A stretch of DNA of 64,000 nucleotides from assembly GCA_000002435.2 (NCBI GenBank), contig CM018789.1, one strand, 5' to 3'. Position numbers and translations under genes: made by a program. This stretch comes from Giardia intestinalis. Its lineage: Eukaryota. The notes beneath the pieces are model-generated. The model did not search any database, was not told where the DNA came from, and saw only the letters and a program-made list of their open reading frames with translations. Positions 9,605 to 20,700 of this stretch are shown piece after piece. Position 1 is the stretch's first letter. Each line of letters starts with the position of its first letter.

Positions 9605-10039
9605 TCACCTCCTCGCCCGCCATGGTGGACTTGCATTGTCGCTCCTGATCGTCAGGCCCATGGCGGCAGCCTCTGCTGTGGCCAGCTGTGTTATCACACC
9701 TGCTGGGTACCCTTCGTCGTGGAACGCCACGATGTCGTCCGCTAGGCAAGGAAGGTGATGCCCCTCTCCCTGAGGCGTCTCAGGAGGCGCTCGATGGCCA
9801 TGCAGAAGAGGAGCGTGCTGAGCGGGCTGCCCTGGGGGACGCCACAGACCTCGCACTTCACGTCCCGGCTGTGCCTCAGATCGAGGAAGTTCCTGATGTA
9901 GTCGATCAGGACCTTCAGGATGCCCGCCTCGTTCAGGGCTCTGATGACCTCCGCCTTCGGGAGCGAGTTGAAGGCATTCTTTGTGTCGAGGGAGACGGCG
10001 TGCTCCTGTCCTGCTGATGAGCTCGTGGGCCCTCCTCAC
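9605..10039 (-). pseudogene. reverse-transcriptase fragment containing motif C (LADD)
   Basis: HHLPCLADDIVAFHDEGYPAGV matches the RT active-site xADD motif context. The surrounding sequence is degenerate. Confidence 0.4.
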
Positions 10040-10104
10040 ACCTACCGCGTACGCGTTCTGCTTGAAGGCGATCTGCTCGCATGAGAGGTAGTTGGCATGC
10101 TTGA

Positions 10105-10524
10105 TCAGCCCTTCAGCAGGACGCGGTGGAAGATGTTCGTGACCATCCGCCTATCGCGATCGGGGTATCCGTCGGACTCTTTCGGGATGAGGATCGCCCG
10201 GAACTCGAACATGGCCATCACGTCGGACATCGCCTCGGGGTGGGTGGTCAGCTCGTTGTACGCCTGCGTGAGGTACTTCACGAAGCTGTCGTTCTGCTTC
10301 ATCGCCTTGAGCTGGACCGGCCCGAGGCCAGACACGCCTGAGGCCTTCTTGTTGAGAGTCCTAACAGGGCCTTCCTCATTTCCTCCTCGGTTGCCGCTCC
10401 AGCCCGTCGAGCTCATCGATGGAGGGTAGTCAAGGCCAACGTAGCCTTCGGGGGGACGCACGGGTGTCTCATCAAGGGCGCGGAGAGCCTTAGCAACTGC
10501 TCCGAAGCTCAGCGCGTTGTTCAC
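10105..10524 (-). pseudogene. reverse-transcriptase N-terminal fragment (fingers/palm motifs 1-2), frameshifted
   Basis: ILIPKESDG...RRMV resembles the non-LTR RT IPK...RPI block. The ORF is truncated on both sides. Confidence 0.4.
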
Positions 10525-11508
10525 CCTGTTTGCTATCCGGCGTCTCGCCTTCTCGGGGTCTGGGTCTGCCTTACTCTGGGCCTGCTCTACTGTGTTGCTT
10601 GAGTCCTCTGGGGCTTCCCACCAGGGCGTTCAGGCCCCTGATAGCAGGGAGCGCGACCCCAGTCCCGGCCTGTTCGATGCTCGCGATCATGCGTGCCCCC
10701 TGGTGGATGAGCATAGCGAGCTCTGTCTGGTTCGGTACTGGGCCGGAATGATCAACTTGTCGTCGCCCAGCACTCTGTGTCTGTCATCGTTTGCTTCTCT
10801 CAGGTGCTCGGTTGGTTGCTTGGCGCTCTCGCACGGTAGGCCACAGAGCCAGCGTGTGTGTCCTGCTGAGAGAGTAAACGTCTTTGGAGTGGTCCCCCGA
10901 GTAGAGACTCACGGCTTGCTCTCTGGGTGTCCCTGAGGTACGATTTTGCATTCGTAGTGCAGATCTGGTCCTCGCGGGCTCTCCTTCGCCTCAGGTCCAG
11001 CTGTGCGCACGCCCACGGAACAGCCGAGGAACGCACAGACCCCAGATCCACAAACGGAGGGAGCTCCTCCTATCACCGTTGTGGCTATCGTTACGACCCG
11101 CGGCCAACCCTCATCTCCAGACTGGCCGGGAATTGAGCGAGGCTTGCCCGTGGGATCTCTGGACCATACCTGCAGGCAGGCCCCAGCAGCACACCACTGG
11201 AAGCAACCGGTGGGTGGAGTAAATCATCATGACATTCGACGCTCAAGCTTCGAGTTCTGAGTCCTGGATTGGAGAAGTGAACGAGCGTGAGACCCGCCTA
11301 CCCACAGGGGAGGAGGCCTTGTATGAGGGCACGAGTTCGAGCTTCAAGATCTGAACCTTGGACCCCGGACGGTGAGCGGGCGGCCCACCCAGCGCGGCGG
11401 CTCTCACGGAGATGCTCGGACAGCAGTTGACAAACCGTTTTCAGTGAAGCAGAGAGCAAAGTGTGTGTTTCCGTGGCAGTGTCTTCCTGCAAGCAGACGA
11501 AGTTAAAA

Positions 11509-12315
11509 ATGTCGAGTGGTGTGCTCAGGGATTCGGAGGCGAGTCGTCGCCCTCAGGACACCGAGGGGTCTGCTTCTGATAGGAGCATCGATGAAGCCGC
11601 AGAGTTTTACCACCAACAAGGGAGGAGCGGGCTGAGTCTCTCGTCTTTTTTGTTGCTGAAATACGGCTTCGTCGAGACCGACATCATGTCAGCAGCAGAG
11701 TATGGAAACCTGAGAGCCGTGAAGGTTCTGCTGAAGATGAAAGGTAGCACACAGAATAAGCTTGGAGAGACCGCGCTCATGCGGGCGGCGTACGGGGGCC
11801 ACCCGGAATGCGTGAAGTTCCTGCTGAAGAGGGAAGGCGGCAAACGGAGGAACAACGGCACCACCGCCCTTATGTACGCAGCACGGCGCGGCAAACTGGA
11901 GTCCGTGCAGCTCCTCCTGGAGAGGGAGGGTGGCATGAAAACGGATGATGGGAAGACCGCCCTAATGTATGCAGCACAGTATGGGCGCCGCGAGTGTGCG
12001 GAGGCTCTACTGGACAAGGAAGGCGGGATGAGGGCCAACAGTGGGTGGACTGCCCTCATGCACGCAGCCGACAACGGTTGCTCGGACTGCGTGAGGCTTC
12101 TAGTAGACAAAGAAGACGGCATGAAGACTAACAACGGATGGACAGCGCTCATGCATGCAGCGCAGGGTGGTCACCTGGAGTGTGCGAGGCTCCTGATGGA
12201 CAAGGAGAAAGGCATGCAGACCACCCGTGAGTGGCTCGGCTTCCCGCCCGGCACCACCGCCCTCGACATCGCAAGGAGGCATGGCCACGACGCAATCGCC
12301 TCTCTCCTCGAGTAA
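11509..12315 (+). CDS. ankyrin-repeat protein (Protein 21.1 family), palindrome copy B
   Basis: Identical to copy A. ATG at 11509 with gaagttaaaaATG. The stop TAA is embedded in the poly(A) signal AGTAAAC (12311-12317). Confidence 0.7.
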   Translation: MSSGVLRDSEASRRPQDTEGSASDRSIDEAAEFYHQQGRSGLSLSSFLLLKYGFVETDIMSAAEYGNLRAVKVLLKMKGSTQNKLGETALMRAAYGGHPECVKFLLKREGGKRRNNGTTALMYAARRGKLESVQLLLEREGGMKTDDGKTALMYAAQYGRRECAEALLDKEGGMRANSGWTALMHAADNGCSDCVRLLVDKEDGMKTNNGWTALMHAAQGGHLECARLLMDKEKGMQTTREWLGFPPGTTALDIARRHGHDAIASLLE

Positions 12316-12317
12316 AC
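12311..12317 (+). promoter_or_regulatory. poly(A) signal AGTAAAC (AGTRAAY consensus) overlapping stop codon of 21.1 copy B
   Basis: ctcgAGTAAACggc: the TAA stop sits inside the signal. The mirror copy gtttact lies at 7045-7051 for copy A. Confidence 0.5.
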
Positions 12318-12899
12318 GGCGCCCTTCCTCGTGTGATGTGGCTCTTCTCAAGAGGCAGAGAGAAAATGTCAGATAGGTGGGTTTGTGTGTGCCGGAAAGC
12401 AGTACAATGGAAATGGTAGCATATAGATATATGGAGATAGCGATATTATTAATGGAGTATGGCGGCAATGCAGAGAATGACGGTGAATACTGGTAATCCA
12501 TAGGTCAGATTCTTAAAGGCTGAAAATCTAAGAGCTCTACTAGGACTGCTTAGCATAGTAGTACGAAGCTCGGATAAGAAATTATAAAGTAATTGATAAG
12601 AGTATAGAAATGAAGATTTACAGACAAGAAGAATAAACTAACGTAATAGCAAATACTACAGGACCATAAGCTGAGTGTATAGCATCATTAAGCAACAGAG
12701 TTCTGTTGGAAGCCAAGTCTACGCCATCACTATAATTTAATCAAGTGTGCTGCTACACATTATAAAAGGAAAGGAGACCTTTGTAGAACCTCCATTATTA
12801 TCACAGCGATCATGACAGTGAGATATCAGGTATTCTAGATCCACAAAGACTCACCAGACGAGTTGAACCTTTGAATGAATGATTTGCAAACACAGACCT

Positions 12900-14060
12900 T
12901 TATAAACGTCTACTAAGGCAAAGAGGCTCTGATAAGAGCGGGTATGCGTCACAGAAGCCAATGCTCTGTGCATACTCCAAACAACTCATCACTCCTTTGC
13001 CATTCCACCGAGAAGCAATGTTACGCTCATCAGGCCTATGTAGTGAAAAGTTCTGGTAGTGAGCTTCGTTGTATGCAGATAACAATGTGACACAAGCCAC
13101 AGATTTCATTAGCGTCGCATAACAGAGCGCGTTGTTATCAAAAACATCATGCTTGCTCAATTCCAACGTGCGAAACTGTTCAGGGCAGTATCGTATCAAG
13201 GCCCGTATGGAGTCCACTTGATCTTTGCAGCAAGCTATCATTATTGCCGTCTGTCCTAATCCGTTCGTTTTACCGAGAAAGCCAGGAGCCATTTCTATAA
13301 GTCTAGCAATGTCCTTAGTAACTGCAGCGCGCATCCAGCGATCGAGATCTAGTGCGTCAGATAGATTCTTGGCATGAGGATCATTTTCTAAATCTTGAGA
13401 AATACTCTCGAGGATGTCTAGTGCAAACAGGTGGTCGATAAAAACAGTTTTTGTACGATCTGTGTTTCGGACATGCCTTTCCAGAACAAAGAACATTCCT
13501 GATTCGTAAGTAGACAAGAACAAGGCCACATCAAAGTGCCGTGCCTCAACGGCAAGCATCAGAGCCGTCTTCCCAGATACCCAGCTCGACGGTTTAGTTC
13601 CGGAGCATTTTATGTGTGCTTCGGAATGCATTTGCAGGCATGCTTCATAAGGAGCAAGGCTTCTCACTAGCTCCAAGAACCCTCCTTGCGCTGCTAGCAT
13701 GAGCGCAGACATTCCATTAGAGTCCTGAAGGCCCAGAAGACATCTTCCGGCGGCTCCTTCTTCTGTCATTGCCCAATTTAGAAGTGTGCTGGCTAGCAAT
13801 TCCTTCTTGGCGCGTAGTAAATACATTAGTGCGCTAGTTCCTCGAGGAAACTCTTCGCCACCAAGGAGAGAATCATCGGTACGGACGGAAAGGTCGAAAG
13901 CGGAGACTCCTGCGAGCAAGTCAGCAGGGGTGGACACTTCTTTAAGATATAGAAAGAGATCGTTTTCACTGGCTAGTGCATCCAAGTGCCCGGTAGCTGG
14001 TAGAGCTTGCGCTGCTATTGCCATGTCCAAACATTCCAGAAAGTCTTCTTTGTCCTCCAT
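12900..14060 (-). CDS. ankyrin-repeat protein (Protein 21.1 family)
   Basis: TALM-type repeats (GMSALMLAAQGG, GKTALMLAVEARH, GQTAIMIACCKD). Two candidate ATGs, at 14075 and 14060. I prefer 14060 (MEDKEDFLE...) because it has a textbook initiator ttggattttaaaATGg. Confidence 0.6.
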   Translation of the reverse strand: MEDKEDFLECLDMAIAAQALPATGHLDALASENDLFLYLKEVSTPADLLAGVSAFDLSVRTDDSLLGGEEFPRGTSALMYLLRAKKELLASTLLNWAMTEEGAAGRCLLGLQDSNGMSALMLAAQGGFLELVRSLAPYEACLQMHSEAHIKCSGTKPSSWVSGKTALMLAVEARHFDVALFLSTYESGMFFVLERHVRNTDRTKTVFIDHLFALDILESISQDLENDPHAKNLSDALDLDRWMRAAVTKDIARLIEMAPGFLGKTNGLGQTAIMIACCKDQVDSIRALIRYCPEQFRTLELSKHDVFDNNALCYATLMKSVACVTLLSAYNEAHYQNFSLHRPDERNIASRWNGKGVMSCLEYAQSIGFCDAYPLLSEPLCLSRRL

Positions 14061-14073
14061 TTTAAAATCCAAC
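14061..14073. promoter_or_regulatory. 13-bp AT-rich spacer (tttaaaatccaac) between divergent start codons; shared/bidirectional initiator region
   Basis: The minus-strand gene ATG is at 14058-14060 and the plus-strand gene ATG at 14074-14076. An AT-rich element sits immediately upstream of both. Confidence 0.4.
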
Positions 14074-14583
14074 ATGCAGACACACTCAGTGGGATTTTCC
14101 TACCAGAATGACCCGTACAGCCTTTCCTCCCGCGCTCTAGCAACCAAAGCGGTAGCAACAATGGATGTTCCCGGTCAGCACCGAAAGCTCGCTGTCCCAG
14201 AACCCATAGATCTGGCGTCTGTAGACGAATGGGTAACTGTCTATGGGATTACTCCATCCAATCTTTCGCTGGCTCTTCACGCCCTTATGAACTTTGGGAC
14301 CATTATGAGGGTCAATTACGCCAATCACCATTTTATTCATGTCCGTTTCAGAGACGCCCTCTCCGCACAAGCCGCGGTTTCTGCGAGAGTAATCTGTCTC
14401 AGCAAGATCTCCATCATCGGCCTTATCCCCTGTCTTGTTAAGGACTTAGACAACGACATAACACTTTGTCACGAGCTTGACCTACCTCCTTATGTGTTGA
14501 CAAAAAAGACGCCCCCAGTGGTCAGTAATGGAATACTCGAGCGGATAATAAATTGGTTTGCGACGCTTCTTAAATCTGATTAA
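14074..14583 (+). CDS. Nup35/Nup53-type RRM (MPPN) domain mini-protein
   Basis: Only the 3' part of ORF 13786..14583 is credible; its 5' part is antisense to the 21.1 gene. WVTVYGITPSNLSLALHALMNFGTIMRVNYANHHFIHVRFRDALSAQAAVSARVICLSKISIIGLIPCLVKDLDND aligns with the human NUP35 RRM ([74 protein letters not shown]). Conserved positions include W-V-T-V-x-G, F..G.I, H(I/V)R(Y/F), A..A.S and IG(V/L)xPC. The start could alternatively be the ATG at 14161. Confidence 0.55.
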   Translation: MQTHSVGFSYQNDPYSLSSRALATKAVATMDVPGQHRKLAVPEPIDLASVDEWVTVYGITPSNLSLALHALMNFGTIMRVNYANHHFIHVRFRDALSAQAAVSARVICLSKISIIGLIPCLVKDLDNDITLCHELDLPPYVLTKKTPPVVSNGILERIINWFATLLKSD

Positions 14584-14748
14584 ATTGGGCCATTTATTTG
14601 CTACCTGCTCACACTATCTGCTTGTACTCAGCTAACGTACTCAACTAACGTATTCAGTTGATTGCTGTATGATCAGTGATGCGAAAGAGTTGGATTACAT
14701 GCCCGTCATGCTCATAGCGGAACATCAGATTTGGAGATTAAAAAACTA

Positions 14749-17700
14749 ATGCGTGCGAAGTCACTGTCACATCACAAACGGCCTGTTTCTGTGTTGAGCA
14801 CTCGAAGTGTGTCGCGCGCACCTCGCAGATTAGTGCGGGGCAGAGATCGCGATCCAAATCAAGATTACGTTCGATCCTTGGTGGCCAATCTCGAGTGCAA
14901 GAATCCTCTCGAGCTGACCACGGCGATTCGAGAGCTAACAGATATTTATGTGTCTAACAAGTATTCAGAGGTCTTTTTCTCCCGCGACGTGCCTACTAAA
15001 GTCTTTAAAGCAACCCTCCAAAACAGTCACAACGCTAAGATATTTGCTCTTGGGAAAACGTTTTTAAAATGCTTCATGGAGTCTTGCGCCTCGCAGTCTT
15101 CTTATATATTTGCGAACCTCAGTATTGATTCTAAAGAATATAGTAGAACCAAGTGTCTAGATTCTCTTCTCAATTACATTATTTCACAGCTCAGTGATAG
15201 TGAAATGTTATATAGTATTTATTTCTATGTGCTTGTGGGGGACATAATCTCAACACATCACGCTTGTGTGCCATTCGTGCACACACTATCACCAATTCAC
15301 TTCATTCAGGTGTATCTCAACAAGGTGTGTAACAACCTCGATATGTGCTCGCAGACAACCAACTCTCTCTCCATTGTGCAGTTGAATCAAATACATAGGG
15401 GCCGCGGCAATGCCAAGGACGGTGACACCAGCGATGGTAACGAATCGACCAACTCCGGGATGACAGTAGCCTCCAGTCTTTCTCTCGACGAGGATTGCAC
15501 TATGCCTACGGTTTGTAAGCAGTTGGATGATGCGCTATCGGAGATCTCGTCAGCACGGAGCATTCTCTCTAACTTTGCTGAGACGGTGTTTAGTAATTCT
15601 GTTCCAGGACAAAAAAGAAAACTGCGAAAAGAGACCGCCTCATATGGCAAGCTTCCTTTGATTAATACTGTTCGCTCGGAGGGTAGCAGTATGGTGTCCG
15701 ACCGCTCATCCATCGAAATTAACAACAGTCAGCACTTGGACTCTGATGATAACGAGGAAGAAAGTGGCTATTATTCTCAGTCTAACAATGGTGACTCTAA
15801 TACCAACTTAAATAGTGACAGATCAAGAGACTTTGGCGAGGATTTGTTCGACGAAAACGATAGGGAGGAGCGACAACCCACTCCACTTGACCACCAAGAA
15901 TCAGCAGTCTTTGTCTCACCACGTACCTGCAATCAAGAACCTAGTCTACACGGCACACAGGCATCCACTGAATTGGCTAAAGACTTACAAAAACAAAGTC
16001 ATGCAGGAGTGAAAGAGCCATCTCAAGATGTGAATATAAGAAATCACTCAAGGTCTTCTTGCAGCAGAAGCAGCGCGTCATTTTGTGAGAAGGATCGCTT
16101 GCTAGAGCTCCCAGCGCTAGGTGATTGCATTCCTGAGATCCCACAACCAGAGCATAAGGATGAGAGCGTCAGGGGACGACCACCTGTCACGAGAGGAGTC
16201 AAGGTCAGACTCCCCCCTATGGTGCATGACCAACGGAATACCTCGAAAGAAACTGGAGCTTACGACCCATTACTAAATGACGCGCTTACCCAGGAATCAT
16301 CTGCGTCTGCGATTCTAACGCCATTTAACTTGGGAACTATATCGGAGGCCAAAGTCTCGTCTGCCGAGCTACAGATGGTGCAAGGAGAAGAGGCTCAATC
16401 CGTCCTAGGCTCTGCAGTCCCCGTTCTTAACCTTCACTTGCCGTTAGCTGTCAATCCTGAACGAGATCCTGTTAATGAGAGCTCGTCTCCTGCACGGCAA
16501 GTGCTCACAACCGCGCGGCGACAGTCTAGGTATATGATTCACAGCACTCAAGCTGGTAAGGGGCGAACGAATGCTGTTGCCTATGGGCAAGCTTCACACA
16601 ACAGAGCCGTCGCTCCTGGGGTCAAGAATCGCTCCTCCTCAAACCTCCTCATCCCGCCTTCCACACCAAATGGAACTCTTTCTAACATCGGGGAGCCATT
16701 TTCTGGAGCAGCTCGTCAATTTTACCCGCAAAAGGACAAGTCTGCTGACTTTACACATGCGGAGCAAATTGAGAAGGTCGAAAGACGTGCAATCTGTGGC
16801 CCATTGGCTTTGGCATCTAAAACGAAACCTTGCAGGCCCTCTATCGTTCCGCTTCTATCACTGAGTTGTCCAGCTCAACAAGAGAAAGACCCTCCTGAAA
16901 TTACCACCCAATCAACACCAAAGCTTTCTCAACAAAAGTTTCCCGGTCTCAGTCTAGGATTATCCTTAGATTTGAAGTCTGTTCACAATCGGGAGAGTAC
17001 AGCACCTTCTATGAGTCATCGAGGACATCCAGGACGATTCGGTGACACAGATTCTCCTGCCACTGGTCAGTCCTACACCGGACTTAATCAGGAGACGGCC
17101 GATTTTGTGTTTGATAAGTATCTTCAGGTTCTTTCTGAACGGCGGAAGGGAATTCCGGAACTCGTGGATGTTGCTAACCGTATTGGCGAGTATACCTTTA
17201 TGCGGGACTATCCCCTGCTATGTTCTCTCAGTCGCGATAAAACCTATTCACACGGGTCCGCGAACTTAACAGCGCGTTCCACACACAGTAGCCTTTCAGT
17301 GTTGACTACATCTACTTCCCAAGCTGTTCAGGCGAATTACATCGTCAATCACCTCTATGTAACCCATAACTATTACACTTATTTAAAGGAACACAAAAGA
17401 CGATACCTTCTCTACAAGCTATTTGGTTCCACTCATACCAGGGATTTGTCTGACTATGAATTTAACTTCTCTATTATGTCAACCGAGCTTTTGCCCCTGG
17501 TGCGTCTTCAGAGAGTGGATCTATCTAGGGAGGATGTCATTCGCCTCGGTGTTAGCTATATTCTCTACCACTGCATCAGGAACCTTTCAAATATAACGCT
17601 GAGGTACTTCCCCAATATCCTGCCAAGCATATGCACAGACCTTATTTCACTGCATCAGCGTAAGACTGGCTTCATACCTGCAGTGGTTCTAGCGTTGTCA

Positions 17701-20700
17701 ACCCTCGTCAACCAAATACACAGCGCAAGCCAAACGCGCATAAGATCAGACTGGATGCGACTATTGTTTAAGATGTATAAGTATGCTAAGCTTACCTATG
17801 ACTACATAGATGTGGACACGGGGGAGTGTGTGCCTGAAAGTGAGCTGAATGTCTGCCACGGGGGCGTAGAAGTCACAACTGAAACTATGCAGGAAAACTT
17901 TCTAGTGGAGAACACTGTTTCCCCGGCAACAGGCCTGCCAAAGCGAAAGATTGGAAAGAGGCATGCAGTAACTCTTCCAGACGACATGTTCTTACTCCAA
18001 CGCCTCGAGGCTCAGCGGCGCATGTACTGCATAGATATGTATACTCTGTCTTTGCGGTTAAGTACTTTAGTATTGATGCCTTATTCCATCTCTGCTTGTG
18101 ATGATATCGCATGTTACTTGGCAGTCATTGCTGACCGGCTGGCCACTTCGCATGCAAACCCGATGGTGCGGGGGCTTGTGACAACGGCGCTTCTTCCATC
18201 GCTTCTAAAAGTCGTGGAACTCTTTCAGACAAGACGAATCAATTCTCGCCTTCACTATATTCTTATTGTCCAACGAATCCTTGAAGTTATGAGCCTGCTA
18301 GCGTCGGACTCTTTTGTTCGTGCCCCTAGCCTTGTGACATCCCCTGAGCCTCCGGTGGTTAGAGCATTGGTCAATAACAACGTCTGCTACACCACCGATC
18401 GATCAATGCAGAACATTGATAACATGCTGTGCGACGCGCTGGTGTTCAACGAGACTAATCTTAAGTGGCTAAGACGCTATAGCTGTCTGATTTTCCTAAA
18501 CACACGCATAAAGGATGAGCTCTCGGGAATGTATTACAGCAAGCCTCAGTGTCAGCACTCCTTTGAGGTCTACAAGATTAAGTTCTCCAAGTATATTATC
18601 ACCATGATTAGACTTCTCCGGTACCACTTCCTCAAGGTGGCTCAGCAGCTCTCCACAAACACAAAATTAGAGACCACAAAGATGTTCACTGCTGCAACTC
18701 ATAATAGCACCCACAGCTCTCACATCGCTTCGCGCCTGGTTGATAGTACGAGAAGGCAAAGCTTTAAGCTAGCAACGAGCTCGTTCCATGCTCCAATATA
18801 TATCACCAAATATGCCAATCTACCAGAGAATGACTATCCACGAGGATTGAAGGAGATTGCAGAGTACACTCAGGAGACACGGCTGAAGAATTTACCTATG
18901 ACTTCGCTGGCTACCTTGTGCACTCTAGAGAGCCATGCCAATATTTTCACAACGGCACGACTGGACCACATCCCCCTAACGCGCTGTGATGAAAGTCATC
19001 GTTTTAATGTGAAGGAGCTTCTCAGAAACAACGACTGCCACAGTATCATCGGCACATGGTCATTCTTATTTGACTTCGAAACAGGAGTTTTCCCACAGTA
19101 TCTTATGCTGGCCAAAAATGGCTCGGATGTTCAGGTTCAGACAGGTGGTGTCAACTTCTCCAAACACTTGGGGCTTTTTGACGATTCTGACCTTCTCAAG
19201 GCTATGCCAACCGCAGAGACGGTGGCAGAGGCCCGAACTCAGCACACGTCAGCAAAGGAGCTCCTGACAGAGCTTTCCAAAAATGCGCTCTCTGCACCTA
19301 CAAGCAGAAAGTCTGTCCTCTACGTCCTTTATACGCTCGCTGAGTTCTTCGCCATTGAAAACGTTGATCTTTATATAAAGCCTACAGACTTGCGAAAATT
19401 CATATCGTTTCATTACAAGTCGTTCTTGAAGCTGTACAACGACTGTGAGGTAGATCTGATTGAATGTATTTTAAGTACCAACAACAGCGTGAGTCTTCTC
19501 GACCTGTGCAATGGGCACCTCAATGTACTTTGCTCTCTCATTCAGATGGATTCTCCAAACACCCGGCAATATTTCTATGAACTTCGCATCATGCAATTTC
19601 TTATTCTGCAGCTGTCAGTCGACAATATTGATCAGAATAGTGGCTGGCAGAGAACAATTGCAGAAAGCGACGCTTCTACACTCCAGAAGATAAACCTTGC
19701 TAAGGCAGAGGCCGATAGAGAATGGGCTATAAAGGTGGCATCTGCACAAGCCCAAAAATTGCTACCTCCTATCTCTATGCCATATTTACGGTCTGATAAC
19801 CCCACAGCCACTCAAGATCAGGCCAAGAAACCTTCGGGAACCAGCCCCACCAAGACTAGTGTGTTCTTCAGCACACCGACACGTCCTTTGAAGCAAACTG
19901 CTCATAGTACCGGATCTCACATTCTAGCGAATAAGGATTATGAACTGGGTGATCTCAGAGCCAATGCTAACGCAGTATCTAGTATGATAGAGGAAGATGT
20001 GGAAGACAAGGTAGTAACTACCGTAAATGGGAGTCAGGAGTCCAAGAAGAGTGCTGCAACGTCACTTTCCACTAAGCCATCAGTGTCTGCAATCTTAACC
20101 CCTGGATTGGAAACCAAGCTGATCACAGACAACAGCTCCACAATGGACCTATTGGAAAAGTCAGAGATCACCGACTGCAACATCAGCGATCAGCTGCAAG
20201 CGACAGCAAAGCAAAAGCAACCAGTTGAGGTAATTAATGGAGATGCCATTCCATCTATAGACACTCTATTTGACTATCATGGATCTGCTGTCATACACCC
20301 CCTAAAGCTCCCCAGCACGGAATCTGAATTGATGGGCTCTCAGCAGTGTACTGACAGAAAAACACCATTAGAGGGCATCAAGCACAAGAGTAGTCTGGTG
20401 ATCACTGCAGTTCCAAAGCGCTCAACCCACATTTACGACGACGATGACAGCGATAGTTGTTGGGACGACGAGGCACAGAAACGCGGCATAGAGTTGCCAA
20501 AACGAGACTCTAAACAGCGGAGGGCTAACGAGCTGGAGCCACCTAAGGCTGATAAGCCCAGTGACGCCTACTCATCTCATGGAGACTCAAGTTTTAGTGA
20601 CTCTAGTGACCTACCACGAGCTCCTCCTGCCACTGTGCCCAAGACCTTCGGATTCACTCTCAAATTACCAGCCGTTAAGGTTTCAATCGATAAGCAGAAC

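Larger units (their letters stand above)
8400..10950 (-). mobile_element. degenerate (frameshifted, truncated) non-LTR retrotransposon remnant, GilM/GilT/GilD- or Genie-like: RT followed by CCHC zinc finger + REL-type endonuclease
   Basis: A GC-rich (~60% or more) island at the palindrome centre. Three minus-strand ORF fragments lie in colinear order: 10524-10105 has FRAILIPKESDGYPDRDRRMV (RT motif 1/2-like IPK...RPI, frameshifted); 10039-9605 has CLADDIVAF (RT motif C, YxDD-type); 9474-8659 has CPGCHTAW...H (CCHC), KPDIWLVDKCK (PD...D...K REL-endonuclease-like) and IYGTDGS. The multiple frame breaks imply a dead copy. Confidence 0.55.
11142..12352. repeat. right arm of perfect inverted repeat (palindrome); partner 7010..8230
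   Basis: See the left arm. Inward of the perfect arms, similarity continues in diverged form with indels for ~200 bp (8231-~8420 vs ~10940-11141, e.g. shared ataggaggagct and gcgttcctc(a/g)gctgttc). Confidence 0.85.

Noticed and set aside
8776-10429. Several plus-strand ORFs (8776..9291, 9432..9758, 9688..10017, 10097..10429, 10126..10341) in the GC-rich island
   Set aside because: These are composition-driven open frames antisense to the retroelement remnant, with no motifs. The RT and endonuclease motifs are all on the minus strand.
13786-14583. 265-aa plus-strand ORF taken as a single gene
   Set aside because: Its first ~95 codons are antisense to the 21.1 ankyrin gene (12900-14060) and are Ser/Arg-rich low-complexity. 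Only the part from the ATG at 14074 (or 14161) onward has homology support (Nup35-type RRM) and a proper initiator.
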